DNA of 64,000 bases, from assembly GCA_028534125.1 (NCBI GenBank), contig CM052817.1:81098001-81162000 (forward strand), given 5' to 3'. This document shows positions 27,130-40,500 of the stretch, in pieces. Every line of letters begins with the position of its first letter. Position 1 is the stretch's first letter. Under the pieces are notes generated by a model. That model was not told where the DNA came from. It did no database searches and worked only from the letters and a program-made list of their open reading frames with translations. The position numbers and the translations under genes were made by a program. This DNA comes from Lama glama (Eukaryota).

Positions 27130-27950
27130 CAGTTTCAGAAGGTTGCGTAGTTGTGAGTAAAACTTAGCTCTTTTAATGTCAGGATACCGAGTTTAAGTAA
27201 TCAAAACCCTGATAAACACAAGAAACTATTTTGGCAAAATATAGAATCCTTATTTCCAGATGGATTACTTTAAAGGGTAAAGAAAAACCTTTCATAGTTT
27301 CTTATTACCAACAGCAGACCAATAGCCCAAGAAAACTTTGTTCTTTAAGCAGATAAAGAAAATTAAGTTATAATTGTACAGAAGTACGCTATTGATACTA
27401 AAGCTCATTCTTAACCCCCCCACAATAACAATTCAGTTTTAGCCAGCTTGATTATATACAAGATTCCTTCTCTTTTTTTTTTTGTCTCTTTTCCCAACTT
27501 TCTACATCCATAGTTTGTTCTTCATTTTCTTCATTCCTATGCTGAAATGACCAAAAGTTTTAATTAAGGTAAAATTCCTCCCATTTCCCTTAACAAGAAT
27601 GCATCTTCATGCCTCATACCTTTTCTCTGCCAAAAAAACACATCCTACTTCCCTTGCACAGAGATGTTTCCCTTTTAATTTCTAGTAGCTGTAATTCCAT
27701 ATGTTAATTAGAATTCTTAATGCTTAGGAACTGTAATTTATAGTGAAAACTAAGAAGTAAGCAACTGTGGACCATATGCCATATTACTATTTTTTTTAGA
27801 TTGGCAAATTTATGAATACATTTCATAATTTCTAGAAACACGTGCTTCTTCACAGTGCAGTCTTTCAGTGTGGCACAAGACATGTTCACTTATGAACACA
27901 AATGTATCTTTAGTTTCTCTGCAATGGGAAGCTAAAAAAGCAACAGATGT
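27130..27950 (-). mobile_element. ERV1 internal non-coding fragment (MER4-int group)
   Basis: AT-rich segments agcagaccaatagcccaagaaaactttg, aaaaacacatcctacttccc and tagtgaaaactaagaagtaagcaa are typical of MER4-group internal sequence. Confidence 0.55.
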
Positions 27951-28624
27951 TTTTAAATGATGTTCTTCAAATGAAAGAAATACACAAAGTAAAAAATACA
28001 GCAATGCAGGAAGAAATTAACATAAAAAGCGTTAATATATAGGTAAATATAAATGTGTGTTGATGTATAGAAAACAACAGTAATAATATCTTGGAAGATT
28101 TAAAAGTATATTTCTGTATGTAATTAAGGTACACGATGGCATGCATGTTTGGAGTTGCTGTTCTAAAACTTTTACACTATTCAGGAAAACGATAAAATTT
28201 TCAATCAACACCTATAGTCATTTCTATGGTAACTACTATAACAATAGACATATGATATAAAACTTTCATTAAAAAATGGAAAGATACAAGTACTCTGTCA
28301 ATTCAAGAAAAGTAGAGACCTAGAAAGTACATAGTAAATAAGATAGTTACAATTCCAAAATATGTCACCAAATGTATTGATTTAGAATAAATTAAAATGG
28401 ACTAGTTACTGTAGTTAAAAAGACCAAAAATACCTGACTGGATTAAAAGTTCTAACTAGGTAATAGACAGGTGGTGGTGTTACCCTCTGACGCAGGAATA
28501 TAAAATGTGTAGAACAGGTAAAATGTAAGGAGAAAGAAAGGGTGAATATAAAAGTGTATTGAAAACACTTATAAGCAGAGTAAAACATCATAGTAGTTAT
28601 ATAATATCAGACAAAGTAGATTTT

Positions 28625-29566
28625 TTTAACATTTTTTATTGATTTATAATCATTTTACAGTATTGTGTCAAAATTCCAGTGTTCAGCACAATTTTTCAGT
28701 CATTCATGGACATATACACACTCATTGTCACATTTTTTTCTCTGTGAGTTATCATAACATTTTGTGTATATTTCCCTGTGCTATACAGTGTAATCTTGTT
28801 TATCTATTCTACAATTTTGAAATCCCAGTCTATCCCTTCCCACCCTCTACCCCCCTGGTAACCACAAGTNNNNNNNNNNNNNNNNNNNNNNNNNNNNNNN
28901 NNNNNNNNNNNNNNNNNNNNNNNNNNNNNNNNNNNNNNNNNNNNNNNNNNNNNNNNNNNNNNNNNNNNNNNNNNNNNNNNNNNNNNNNNNNNNNNNNNNN
29001 NNNNNNNNNNNNNNNNNNNNNNNNNNNNNNNNNNNNNNNNNNNNNNNNNNNNNNNNNNNNNNNNNNNNNNNNNNNNNNNNNNNNNNNNNNNNNNNNNNNN
29101 NNNNNNNNNNNNNNNNNNNNNNNNNNNNNNNNNNNNNNNNNNNNNNNNNNNNNNNNNNNNNNNNNNNNNNNNNNNNNNNNNNNNNNNNNNNNNNNNNNNN
29201 NNNNNNNNNNNNNNNNNNNNNNNNNNNNNNNNNNNNNNNNNNNNNNNNNNNNNNNNNNNNNNNNNNNNNNNNNNNNNNNNNNNNNNNNNNNNNNNNNNNN
29301 NNNNNNNNNNNNNNNNNNNNNNNNNNNNNNNNNNNNNNNNNNNNNNNNNNNNNNNNNNNNNNNNNNNNNTTCCCACCCTCTACCCCCCTGGTAACCACAA
29401 GTCTGTATTCTCTGTCCATGAGTCTATTTCTGTCCTGTATTTATGCTTTGTTTTTGTTTGTTTGTTTGTTTTTGTTTTTGTTTTTTAGATTCCACATATG
29501 AGCGATCTCATATGGTATTTTTCTTTCTCTTTCTGGCTTACTTCACTTAGAATGACATTCTCCAGG
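28625..29566 (-). mobile_element. Young 5'-truncated LINE-1 with 10-bp TSD (contains the 500-N gap)
   Basis: TSD agtagatttt at 28615-28624 and 29567-29576. The minus-strand target is TT/AAAA. AATAAA and a short A-tail lie at the left end. The ORF2 end (LENVILSEVSQKEKEKYHMRSLICGI*) matches the copy at 53932. Confidence 0.95.
28870..29369. other. Assembly gap, 500 N
   Basis: Read directly. Confidence 1.
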
Positions 29567-31829
29567 AGTAGATTTTAAGGCATAAGGCATTATTACATGA
29601 AAAGAACACCACCGTATGATGCTAATAAACTGGATTCATTGATTACGTATAACTATCCTAATTTTCTTGCACCTAATACATGGCCTTAAGATATAAAGTA
29701 AAGATAGATACACCTAGAAGGAGAATTATACAAATCCTAAATCAGAGATGACTGTTCTAATAAAACTCCCTCAGTAATTGATGGAACAATTAGACAAAAT
29801 GTAATGGAAGATACAAAAGACTTGAGCAGCACAATGAACAAATTTGGACTAACATGTGTGATAAATATATAACTTTGACCACAGAGTACACATTTTTAGG
29901 TGCAGGAAACATTGAAAAATTGACCATATGTGAGGTCATAAAGCACATTGTAATACATTTTTAAAGTTGAAATCATGTAATACGTGTCCCCTGACCACAA
30001 TTACATTATGCCAGAAAACAATAAAAGGAAGATAGAAGTCCCACCATTTTTTAAAATTAAGAAATACATTTTAAATGACCCATATATACCAAAAAAGAAA
30101 TCACTAAGGAAATTAGAAATTAACTTGAACTAAATGATATTTAAATATTATATTTCAATACTGTGTAATGCAACCAAAACCAAGTTTTTAATGGAGGTAT
30201 ATATTCTTAAATGTATATATTAGAAAAGAAGAAGGCTTATAATTGATGATCTAAGAATTAATCTCAAGAAACTAGAAAAGTAATAGCAACTTGAACCAGA
30301 AAAAGTAGAAAGAAGAAAATAAGATAAAAACAGAAAAAATACATTGGACAATGTATATACAATAGAGAAGATCAATGAAGCCAAGTCTTTTCTTTGAATA
30401 AACTAATAAAATTGGTGATATTGATCAAGTAATTTTAAAAAATGAATACAACTTAACAATGTCATGAATTTTTAAAAGTAACAGCCCTATACATCTTTAC
30501 GATTACAAAAGATTATAAGGTGATATTATAAACAGTTTTATAGCAATGCATTTGAAAATTTAGATGATATGGCAAAGTTCCTAGAAAAGCACTTCTTATT
30601 ACCACTTACTTTTCTAGCTACTGAGATTAAATTTGTAATAAAAAATTTCCCATAAGAAACCTTAAAGCTTTTTTTTTTCCACAGGGAGCCCTACTAAACA
30701 TTTAAGAAAGAAAAATTGCCAGTTTTCCAGAGAATTTGTGTATATCTAGCATAATATAAATACCAAACCTGACATGGTATAATTAATTTGAACATTGTTA
30801 CATAGTTAGTAAATAACTAAAGAAGGATTTTTTTTCTCAAGTTTTTCTGATTCCAAAATTCTTAATCTCTTTGCTGTACTGTCTCCCATAGACTATAGCC
30901 TGGATCCATGGCAGAATACATATATGTCCTGCTATTAAGTGTGACCTTATTTCCAGTGTGGTTTTATTTGGAAAGGGATAGAAGGCCAGTGAGTGGCTTC
31001 TCAAGATGGGCTGTAGAAGATTGTGAAAACCATCACAGAGGCCTTTATAGAAAGTACATGTGTTTAATTTCTCATTTTTCACAATTTAAAGTCAGGAGTG
31101 GCTAAAGTAGCTGTGCCCTTAAGTAGCAGCTTCAGTGTTTCCTACTAAGTAATTAGGACTTTCTTTCAACACTGAAACCCTTGTAATAATGAAACCATGC
31201 ACCTGGGAAATGTTGAAGTGTAAGTGTAAGGGAGGGTTGTGGGAAGGGAAGTATTTCCTTGGAGTTTTTTTTTTTGCTCAAAAACTCTTATCTCAGGTAC
31301 ATTAACAGCAGGAATCGTTTATAATGAAAACTCTTCTCTATACATGTGTCCAGCTCCCATTCATATGTATCCATCAATCAACAGTTAGTCTCTTTAGGAG
31401 TAAGTACTCCTCTGGTCTGACTGGAGGGAGGCAAAGTAATGCTGCACTCTGTTGTTACACGTTCCAAATTCTGGAGTGCTGACATTGTTCAGATTTGATC
31501 ATTTGCACTGACATAAGCGCTTTCAACTGGATGTAAACTTTTAAGCAGAAATAATGGATTTGAAGTGTGTTTTGTTTTTTTTTAAGCTGTTTCAAGTCTC
31601 TGTGTAGTGGGGAAGTGGAGGAGAGGAAAGAAAGTTACGAATGGATTAGAAGTTAACTTTGTCCTACCAGAAGGATGAGGAGTGGAAAGGCAAATGAGGT
31701 TAGTGAAGATAGTGGCTCTCTGAAAACATTTCACAAGTTATTACAAAAAAGAAAAAACAATTATTCACCAAAATCATAAAATGTATAGCCTCTGTTCATA
31801 ATAGCTAAAATATTTCTTAAAGCCACGTA

Positions 31830-32230
31830 ATGTTTCTCTTTGCAGCCTCATCTCCTGCAGCTACCTAAGATCTGTTTCATGCTTCACGTTCATGGATGCA
31901 GGCTGTTTCTAACCACCACATCACAGCTCACAGCGCTCTTTCCCTCTGAACCCCTTTTCTCTTTGCTCACCAGGCTAGTATTTGCTTATCCTCCAGGACC
32001 CATCTCAGATTGCTCAGCCTCTCCTGACTGCTTCAAGATGGGTTAGGTCTGATCCCTCTATTCTATATGTTACTGTTGCCCTTGCTCTAACCTCAGTGAG
32101 TTTAGTGTTCAGTTTAAGGATGTCTGCTTTCAAGATACTATCTTACTCATTTTTACAACTTCACTTCCTAGGACAGAGCTTTACACACACTATTCATTGA
32201 ATATTTGTTAAGTCAGTGAATTACGAGTGA
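31830..32230 (+). mobile_element. L2 LINE 3' end
   Basis: Pyrimidine-rich body ending tattcattgaatatttgttaagtcagtgaatt (L2 tail). Confidence 0.65.
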
Positions 32231-33998
32231 TGAAAAGCAATTCATTCGCTTATATAGGCATTCACTTTCTCATCTGTAAAATGAAAAAATCAGACAACAT
32301 CATTTCTAACTTTTCTGTCACCTATAAATTCCCATGTTTTTGAAGCTGGAGCTCTGGTGTGGGCTTTTCAGTTTAATATTGGAAGGAGGCTGTTAGCATG
32401 AAACCTCACATGAGAAAAACAGTAAAATAAAATAGGATGTGAGTTACAATTGTAGGCCTTACACTCACTGGAGACACCCACAAAAGGAGGCTTTACTAGG
32501 CATGCATGCTCTGAATGTTGTAGTCCTCCTGTATCCTGGTATCAGTGGTATATTTTTGGTATCTTTTAAATATATTTGGCTCTATATCTGTGATCCAGTT
32601 GGTCTTTAATGGAAAATAATGTCAAGGGAGGATTTTGTGGTCCCAGATTTCCTGTTTTATATTAGATTTTCTGGCTTTACATACAAATTTCATTATAAAA
32701 CTGAAATTAAAAAAAATATAAAGATCAGAGAGTTCCTGAGGTTTTGTGTGGAAGCAAGAGATGCCTGTTGTCATAAGAGTTCATTAAATGTAACTACAAC
32801 TGAAGACAAAAGATTTTTCAAAAGATTTTTATTTGTTTTTGTGAATATATGCCTACTGGGAAGATAGATCCATATTGAGATTCAAAATAGATTTGAATAG
32901 AACCCCTGAAAAGATTTCTGCAAAAATGAACTTATGTTTTAATACATTTCTCCACCAAAGGAATTGAGTTTCCTATAAACTCAGAGTTGTGAAACCAACT
33001 TTTCATGAAGCAAGAAGAGCTGTGCTTTTCACCTTAATTAAAAAATGAATGAGTATAAGAAAAACAGGTTGCTTTACCATGGTTGCTTCACCATGGTTAC
33101 CTCAACAATACCTTCAGGGGATTGGTACCAGTAAAATCATGAGTTGGATGTTTGGTATCTGATGTTGCCAGCCAAAATGTCCTGCCTTGGGCAATGTTTA
33201 ATAACTGTACCATCAATGCTCTGTTTCCCTTTTGTGGCAGGGAGGAAAAACAGTATGAAGATTATGAATTCTCCAATATGGCTATGATAATTATAATTAT
33301 TCCCATGTAGATTCAGAGCAAGGAATATAGACAATTGAGCTGATGGATTCTCAGAAAAAGTGTAAAGATGGTGAAACGTGATGGGAAAGTAGGCATTTCG
33401 CTTCATTGATACGGTAATTAGAAGGGACTGCAGAAGGGATTCCAGGTGACGAGTCGTGTACCATCCGACTTCTATGTAGATCACCTGTCCAGAAACAGGC
33501 CAGTGAGTGTGCTGCATTTGGATTGCAGGCAAAGGATAGGGATTGAATTCTCAATTTGCTGGTCACATCTACAATTCAGCTCCATGCATTAGGTAACAGA
33601 AGCTCAATGAACTAGAACATTTTTTCAAATGAGGAAAAAGTGGCAGGGCAGCAATTAGTTATAAGGAGAATACTTTAATTTAATTTTCAGACTAAAGTTC
33701 CATATAGTTTACTTTTAAATTAGTAACCTTTGAAAACTTAAAAGAACTGTTCAACTAGATGCTGCAGACACTTCGGACATTTAAAGAAGCAGGTATTTTA
33801 TCTTCCAGTTTGGCATTTCAAATAGAATACCTTGTTATTTAAAATATCAAAATGCCCAGTAAACCAAAATGGTAATTTCCTAAGGAGAAGACAGAAGCGG
33901 TCTATACCAGATTATTCATGTGAGCAGGCACAGAACTGCTTTTCTCAAACTGCTTTTCTCAGAAGTAAACAAAGGTTACCATGAAAAAGATCAAACAC

Positions 33999-34351
33999 AG
34001 TCTTAGTCTGCTCAGGTTGCCATAACAAATTACTATAGACTTAGTAGCTGGAACAGCAAACATTTACTTTTCACAGCACTAGAGACTGGGAAGTTCAAGA
34101 TCAAGGTTCAGGCAGATTCGATTCCGATGAGAACTCTCTTCCTGATGGCTGTCTTCACACTGTATCTTCACATGGCTGAGAAAAAGAGGGCTCTAGGTTT
34201 TCTCTTCATACAAGGACACTAATCCCATTATGGTAGTTCCACCCTCATGGCTCAGTTACACCCAAAAGGCCCCATCTCCAGCTGCTATCACATTGAGGGA
34301 TTAGAATTTCAAAATATGAATTTTGGAGCAAAACAAACACAGTCTGTAAGA
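33999..34351 (-). mobile_element. MLT1A-type MaLR solo LTR
   Basis: gtcttagtctgctcaggttgccataacaaattac...gggaagttcaagatcaagg...aggacactaatcccatt...tatgaattttgg. Confidence 0.9.
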
Positions 34352-36589
34352 AGTATTTCATTTTATTATAGGTATCAAACATTCTAAAAAATGTATGCAA
34401 AGATTTTTTCAAATGAAGAACCTGTTTGATATATATGAAGAATACAAGCCAAAACTTGCATGAATCCTAAAATTCTCTGATATCTCAGCTCAATATAATT
34501 TACCTTATTAAATGCAGTAAGTAACTATAACTCAAAACTGTAAACTGTTCATCCTGATCTTAATTAGAGTTAATGCCCACCAGTCTCCAAATGGTGGGAG
34601 GCATCTAGTTTCTCTCACTGAAAAAACATGCACATCAATCAGTCCTGCAGCCAGAGATTCACAGTGACACATTATGGACCTGTGGGCTCATCTCCAATAT
34701 TCCATCTGTGAATGTGAAATCCTCAAAATACAAGGCTGCGCTGTGTTTCTGTAGCACCAAAGAAAGTTATTTATCTTCTGGGTTGGATGCCTGAACTGAA
34801 CCTCCAGGATTCAGTATTGTTCTTCCACAGATGGAAGTGCCTTAACCATTCTCTGGTGTATCTTTCAACACATATTTTGGGCCTGAATGGCAAGCCCGAA
34901 GAAATTTTACAGGAGAGAAGAGTCTCAGCAGTTCCTTTTTTAATACTCACCCCAAGGTACTTTCCTGCTGAGAGTTATACAGTAATAGAAAATCATGAAA
35001 ATTGTTTGCTCTTAAGTGTGGTGGTGGAAGGTGTGTAACTCCCCACCTGCCCCCCAAAAAAGCATCTCTCCTCCTGCCTAGGCCCCCAGGCTCGTTCCTA
35101 TGTATTTACAAATCCCCGAAATGAAGGAGCAATGAATCCAGCTCATAAATCAGCCTCCACGAGGGAGAGCTATTAAAGGGGACCCAGACTGTTTGCTGAC
35201 TGGAAACAGACAGGCTAAGGGAAACCTTAGGGTCAGAAATTGAAAACCGCAAAGAACCCCGGATGTCACGTAGACCAAACCATCCTGTTACAAACCATAA
35301 AAGTGGAGTTCAAAAAGGCTTGAGTGTATTTGAGACCACACAGATTGTAGCAGCAGAGACAGGTCTAGAACCCCCTCTTCCTGCCTTTTTTTGTGATGAG
35401 GTTTTTCCAGAGCTTTGTGCCAGAAGAAGAGTTTTACTTTTACCCAAAGATCTGTGTGTGGTCACAGATTTGGAGGAAGAGCAAATAGGTTCAATGTCGA
35501 GTGTTAATGCTTTGGTCTGTTGACGATTCTTTAAGCAATTATTTATTGAGTGTTTTACAGGTAGTTCCTTTTAGCTACTGCTTCACTAATTTTTAAAGTG
35601 TAACAGAAGTTTTGCCAAGAGTCATGTAGAGGACTGGGATTGGCGGCAGCAATTTATTTAAGCAATTTCATTGCTCTACAAATAAACTGAGAGCAAAGGT
35701 GAGATGTGTCAACGTTTTGAAGAACACACTAATATATATATATAAATATTTTGAAATACAATTGGCTTATGCAGTGTATTTACATAACAAGTATAATTAA
35801 TTTTTTTTCATTTTGCTGTTTTTCTTTTAACATAGTAAGAGTGGACATCTGGCCAATATACTTATACTTTAAAATGGCAAAAGAATTAAGTAATTTAATC
35901 ACATTTCAAGTGGTTAACATTTATTTGTTATGGTAAATGTCAATTTCTTGATCTTACTCACTTGTAAATAATGTGAAACAGAGTGAAGGGTTGATTCTTA
36001 TCTTAATCAAATGTATGAGAGTTAAAAACTAAAACCCCTTTATAAGGAGCATATACTGAGAGTACATAATGTCTTCTCATTAGGAAATGTGTCAAGAAAC
36101 TCAAATTAGAAACTTGTCTAGCCCCAGAAACAACAAAGAATTAGAACAGGCTACTGTAATGCCTGTTTGTTTAGTTAAATGATGTATGTGAAAATGCTCA
36201 AGACTTGCAGACAAGGAAAATGGAGAAAAAGAATAGCAAGAAGTACACGTAGTTTGATGACTCTGGCATCAATTTAAAGCACACAAAGTAAAGGAAGTAT
36301 TTGTTCACATCAGAAGAGGAATTCATCAGATACCACTCAGAGTGTTCTTACTCAGGAGAGACACTTTCCCACACTCACATCCTCTGACCTTCAACATGTG
36401 GCAAGCAAAACCCAATCTGGGAGGGTTGGTTAGCTTAAGCCTGCAGAACTTTGGACACTGAGCCAAAATAGCTAAAAGCTTTGCCCAGCTGGGCAGGAAC
36501 ATTTGTTAAGCAGACTTCCTTAGACTATTTCCTGATCTTTGTAGGAATTTTCTTAATTTTTCAGTGTCTGCTTACTGCAGTGTCTTTTA

Positions 36590-36920
36590 CCAGATTATCA
36601 GAGACTTGACCCTTGCGTGTTATTTGCAGTGACTCAGGTCACTACTAAAATGGCTGACTGCCTGAAGGATGTCCTCTGACCACTTTACCTAAAATTACAA
36701 TGCCACCCCCGCCAGTCACTCTTTATCTCTTGTCCTGATTTATTTTTGTATAATGCTTTTTATTATAAACATTATAGTATTTTTCCCCCCTTATTGTCTC
36801 TTTCTCCCTCTTTAGTGAATGTTCCACAAAAGCACCAACTTACTCTGTTTGGTGATCTAATAAGAAATTAACATGTAGAAGATTAATAATGAAAAATTCT
36901 GAATAAAGAAATGAATGTCA
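36590..36920 (+). mobile_element. L2 LINE 3' end
   Basis: gaaggatgtcctctgaccactttacctaaa...gaataaagaaatgaatg. Confidence 0.7.
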
Positions 36921-37149
36921 CTAAAGAGAGACCTTGGAATGAATGTTTTAATAACTTTCAATGTTTCAATGCCCTTATATTGAAGTGAAAAATACTATTA
37001 AAAGTTAATAAATATAATCAAAATTATACTAATTCGCTACCTTATTTAAAAAGATCTGTGAAGTCTATATTATAACTCTAATTTTATGTGTTGAGAAAAC
37101 CGAGGTTCAATTCTCATCCTACCACACTTACCACACTATTCAGAAATAA

Positions 37150-37690
37150 GTAAGATTTATAGTAGAATGTTATAGGACAAATACAGACAGTAATAAAGGT
37201 CCAAGTGAGAGGGTGGGATCACATCCTACCAAACGTATTATGCAGCAGGAATCACTAGAGAGTTGGAGAGAACAGAATAAGGCAGGATAACATTGGAGAG
37301 AACATTGGGAGTATTCAGGAAAGAGTAAATAGTCCAATTTGGTGGAAACAGCATGCATATTGATAAACAGTTATAGGTAAGAATGGAAAAGTAATTGACA
37401 TCCACGTTAGAGGGCCCAAATGCCAACTTGACAAGGGTATACATAGCTATGGAAAAATAAGAGCCCTGCAAACTTTTAGACAGTGGAATAATACAACTCA
37501 AACTCCTCTTTAGAAGCATTTAGAAGATAAACAAAAGCAGCATATGCTTGATGGGTTGGAAAGGAAAAGTTTAGAAATAATCTAGAAGAGAGGGATTGGA
37601 AGTTAAAGGTCTCACATATTTCCCTTAATAAGTATGGGTTATACTGAGAGCAAGTCTTGATAATGGAGATTAACAATGAGGTCACCAATT
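37150..37690 (-). mobile_element. L2 LINE fragment
   Basis: gtccaatttggtggaaacag...ggaaaaataagagccctgcaaacttttagacagtggaataa resembles antisense L2. Confidence 0.55.
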
Positions 37691-38079
37691 GGGGAAGAAT
37701 CCTACCTGGCTTCGGGAAAAATATGCTTAACCTAATTTACTTTGACACTTCTCTTACTCTAGCACCGGTTTCTTCTCATCTGGTTTCTGTATCTGAAATG
37801 TGCTACCTTGCACCCTCATAGTTAGAATGTTCAACACAGGCATGGGCCATCCTTTTAGAACTTGGCCATCCTTCCTGCATTGCAGCCCTTTCTTTACCTT
37901 AGCTGAGTCTTGGTACTCCTTCCTATCCCTGAGCTTTCTACATCGGTGCCCATGGAGGATGTGGATTTAGATGCAATCACTTCTGAGGAAGTTGGAGGTA
38001 GGTTAATTTAGTACTGAGAGTACATAGACCAGCTCATGGAACAGGAGTCTGTCTAATTATAGTTTATCAGTAATTACTA

Positions 38080-38235
38080 ACTTATAAAAACTTCAGCATA
38101 CATCAGAATCACGTGGAGGACTTAGAGGGCTTGTTGAAACACAGATTCCTGGGTGCCACCCCTATTGTTTCTGATCTTATTCAGTGATAAGGCTGATGCT
38201 GCTTATTTGGGGACCACATTTTGAGAACCATTGCT
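38080..38235. mobile_element. MER5A-type MITE with internal deletion
   Basis: catcagaatcacgtggagg...gttgaaacacagattcctgggtgccaccc...ggggaccacattttgagaaccattg. Confidence 0.85.
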
Positions 38236-39309
38236 CTAACAGAAGACTGAATGCATCCTTGAAACTTGCTTTTATTGGTGTCTCTTAGATTTAGTAGCAG
38301 AGAGCTTTAAGGCATGTTTTGCTTTTCCGATGGCTATGGATGGTATGAATGGACAAATTGTCATCCAGAAGCTACACTGGATAAGAATTCTTGGTCTTTA
38401 GGAAATATATCCCTTTACTGTTCATACTTTCAAGAGATAATAGGATTAATTGTTATTTTCTTCTTAGTTAATATTTGAAAGTAAGAATGCACAAATTCAT
38501 GAGTTAAAATTGTGATTATAAGTACATACTTGAAGTATTCTTAGATTAAAAGAAATTGTATTTTATGCAGGATAGCAATAAAAATGTTGGTTGAGGCTTT
38601 CTCACTATTTTGTATCTACTGTGAATCTAAGATGTCATTGGCATTCAAAGCTTACCTTTATTAATGAACAAAAGTGACTTTATTCATAACAGTCCCAAAG
38701 TTATTGGCTTCGTATTATAATGGTATGCACAACCACAATTAATTCATCTACTAATCACTCTTTCCTGCTGTGTACAGTGGGACAGTTGACTCTTCAGACG
38801 GATTCTGACAACATTGGTTTTTGTATGTAAAGAGAAAAAATTAGAGAAGAGAGCTGTTTATGTAGAGAAGCAATAATTAGATCTAAGTTGGAAAAAAAGA
38901 TATACCTCAAATTTTGCAATACTACTTCATTTGCCAGCAAGGGGAAAAAACTCTCTATATGTCATACCACATCTAGGACAACTTTATATTAGATTATAAG
39001 CACTCTGTGTATTTTCAACATATTTTAATTAACAATTACACTTATTACTCAATCCTTTTTTCCATTTTTTTCTTCTTATAACTATTTTGATAGCAAATCC
39101 TTTAAATATTCCTGTAGATACTCAGAAAATTTTTATCTTTAGCAAGGGACTGCACTGAAAAGAAACCTTTTTAAGAGAGTAAGAAAGAGAGAAGTTCTAT
39201 TTTGATTTTGACTGTTATCAAGCTACAGAAGTTCTCTTTTCCTCCTATGAGTTAGTCTCTTAACTATATTCAAGTGAAAGTGTGAACATGTATCACAAGG
39301 TAAGTCAAT

Positions 39310-40500
39310 TATATAGCCATATCCAAAAAAGTGAAATAAGACCAATTTTTCACACCATAAGGAAAAATTAAATCAACATGGATTATAGACCTAAGAGCTA
39401 AAATTATAGCACTCCTAGATGAAAATACTGAAGAAAATTGTTGAGAGTTCTTAGATACAACACAAAAACTAAAAGCCACAAAAGACAAAAAAAGATACAT
39501 TAGATTGTATTAAAACTAAAGTTGCACTTCAAGAAACACAAATAAAAATGAAAATAAAAAGACAAAGCACAGATTGGGATAAAATATTTGCAAATCATAT
39601 ATCTGAAAAACAAGTTGTATCAGAATATATGAAGAATTCTTACAACTCGATAATAAGACAAACTACTGATTTAAAAATGAGCAAAGCTGGAATAGAAATT
39701 TCACCAGTGAAGATATATGGAAAGTTGACATGCATATGAAAAGTTGCTCAGCCTCATTAGTCACTATGGAAATGTTAATTAAAATCACGATCAGACCACT
39801 ACATACACTTAGAATGGTCCTAATCAAAAAGGCAGACAATATCAAGAGTTAGCAAAGATGTGGAAAAACTGGTACTCTCATATATGTTGGATGACAATGT
39901 AAAATGACATAATCACTTGGCAGTTTGACAACTTTTTAAATAGTTAAACATAAACTTACCATTTAATCCAGCAATTCCATTCCTAAGAATCTACCGAAGA
40001 GAAATAAAATCATATGCATGAAAAGACTTGAAGGTGAATATTCATAGAAGCATTATTTGTAATATTTCCAAACTAGAAATGATCCAAATGCTCACCAACT
40101 GGTGAACAGATAAAATACTGTGTATTCCTATACTGTAATATTATTTTGCAATAAAGCAGAATGATACTAATACATGCTGTGACGTAAATAGATTTCAAAT
40201 CATTATGATAAGTGAAGGAAGTCAGATTCAGAAAATCATATATTGTATGATTTCATTTTATGAAATATTCAAAAAATGAATTTATAAAGACAGAAAGCAG
40301 ACAGTGATTAGAGCTGAGAGTGAAAGCTGAGATTGACTACATAGACGCTTAAGGAAAATTTTTTAGCATATGAAAAATTCTAACATTGAAATTTTGTGAT
40401 GGTTGCACAATTCTAAAAATTTACTAAAAATTCATTGAATTGTATACCTACCATGAAAGAATTTTATGATATGTAAATTAGTCCCACTAAAACTAAAAAT
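39310..40500 (+). mobile_element. L1MB/L1ME-type LINE-1 3' end
   Basis: ORF 39548 gives MKIKRQSTDWDKIFANHISEK (ORF2). The 3' UTR reads gtgatggttgcacaattct...cattgaattgtatac...tatgtaaatta. Confidence 0.9.

Larger units (their letters stand above)
27960..30780 (+). mobile_element. Old L1M(E) ORF2 endonuclease and linker region, interrupted by a young L1
   Basis: atatcagacaaagtagatttt|aagg (ISDKVDFK) rejoins across the insertion. Later remnants: gaccatatgctgaggtcataaagc, ctgaccacaattacatta, agagaagatcaatgaagccaag. Confidence 0.85.

Noticed and set aside
28639..29419. Longest ORFs in the track (190-251 aa)
   Set aside because: They are read-through of the N gap inside an L1 3' UTR.
39220..39305. 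Perfect plus-strand donor AAG|gtaagt
   Set aside because: No clear partner acceptor or recognisable frame. It abuts an L1 fragment, and isolated donors are expected by chance.
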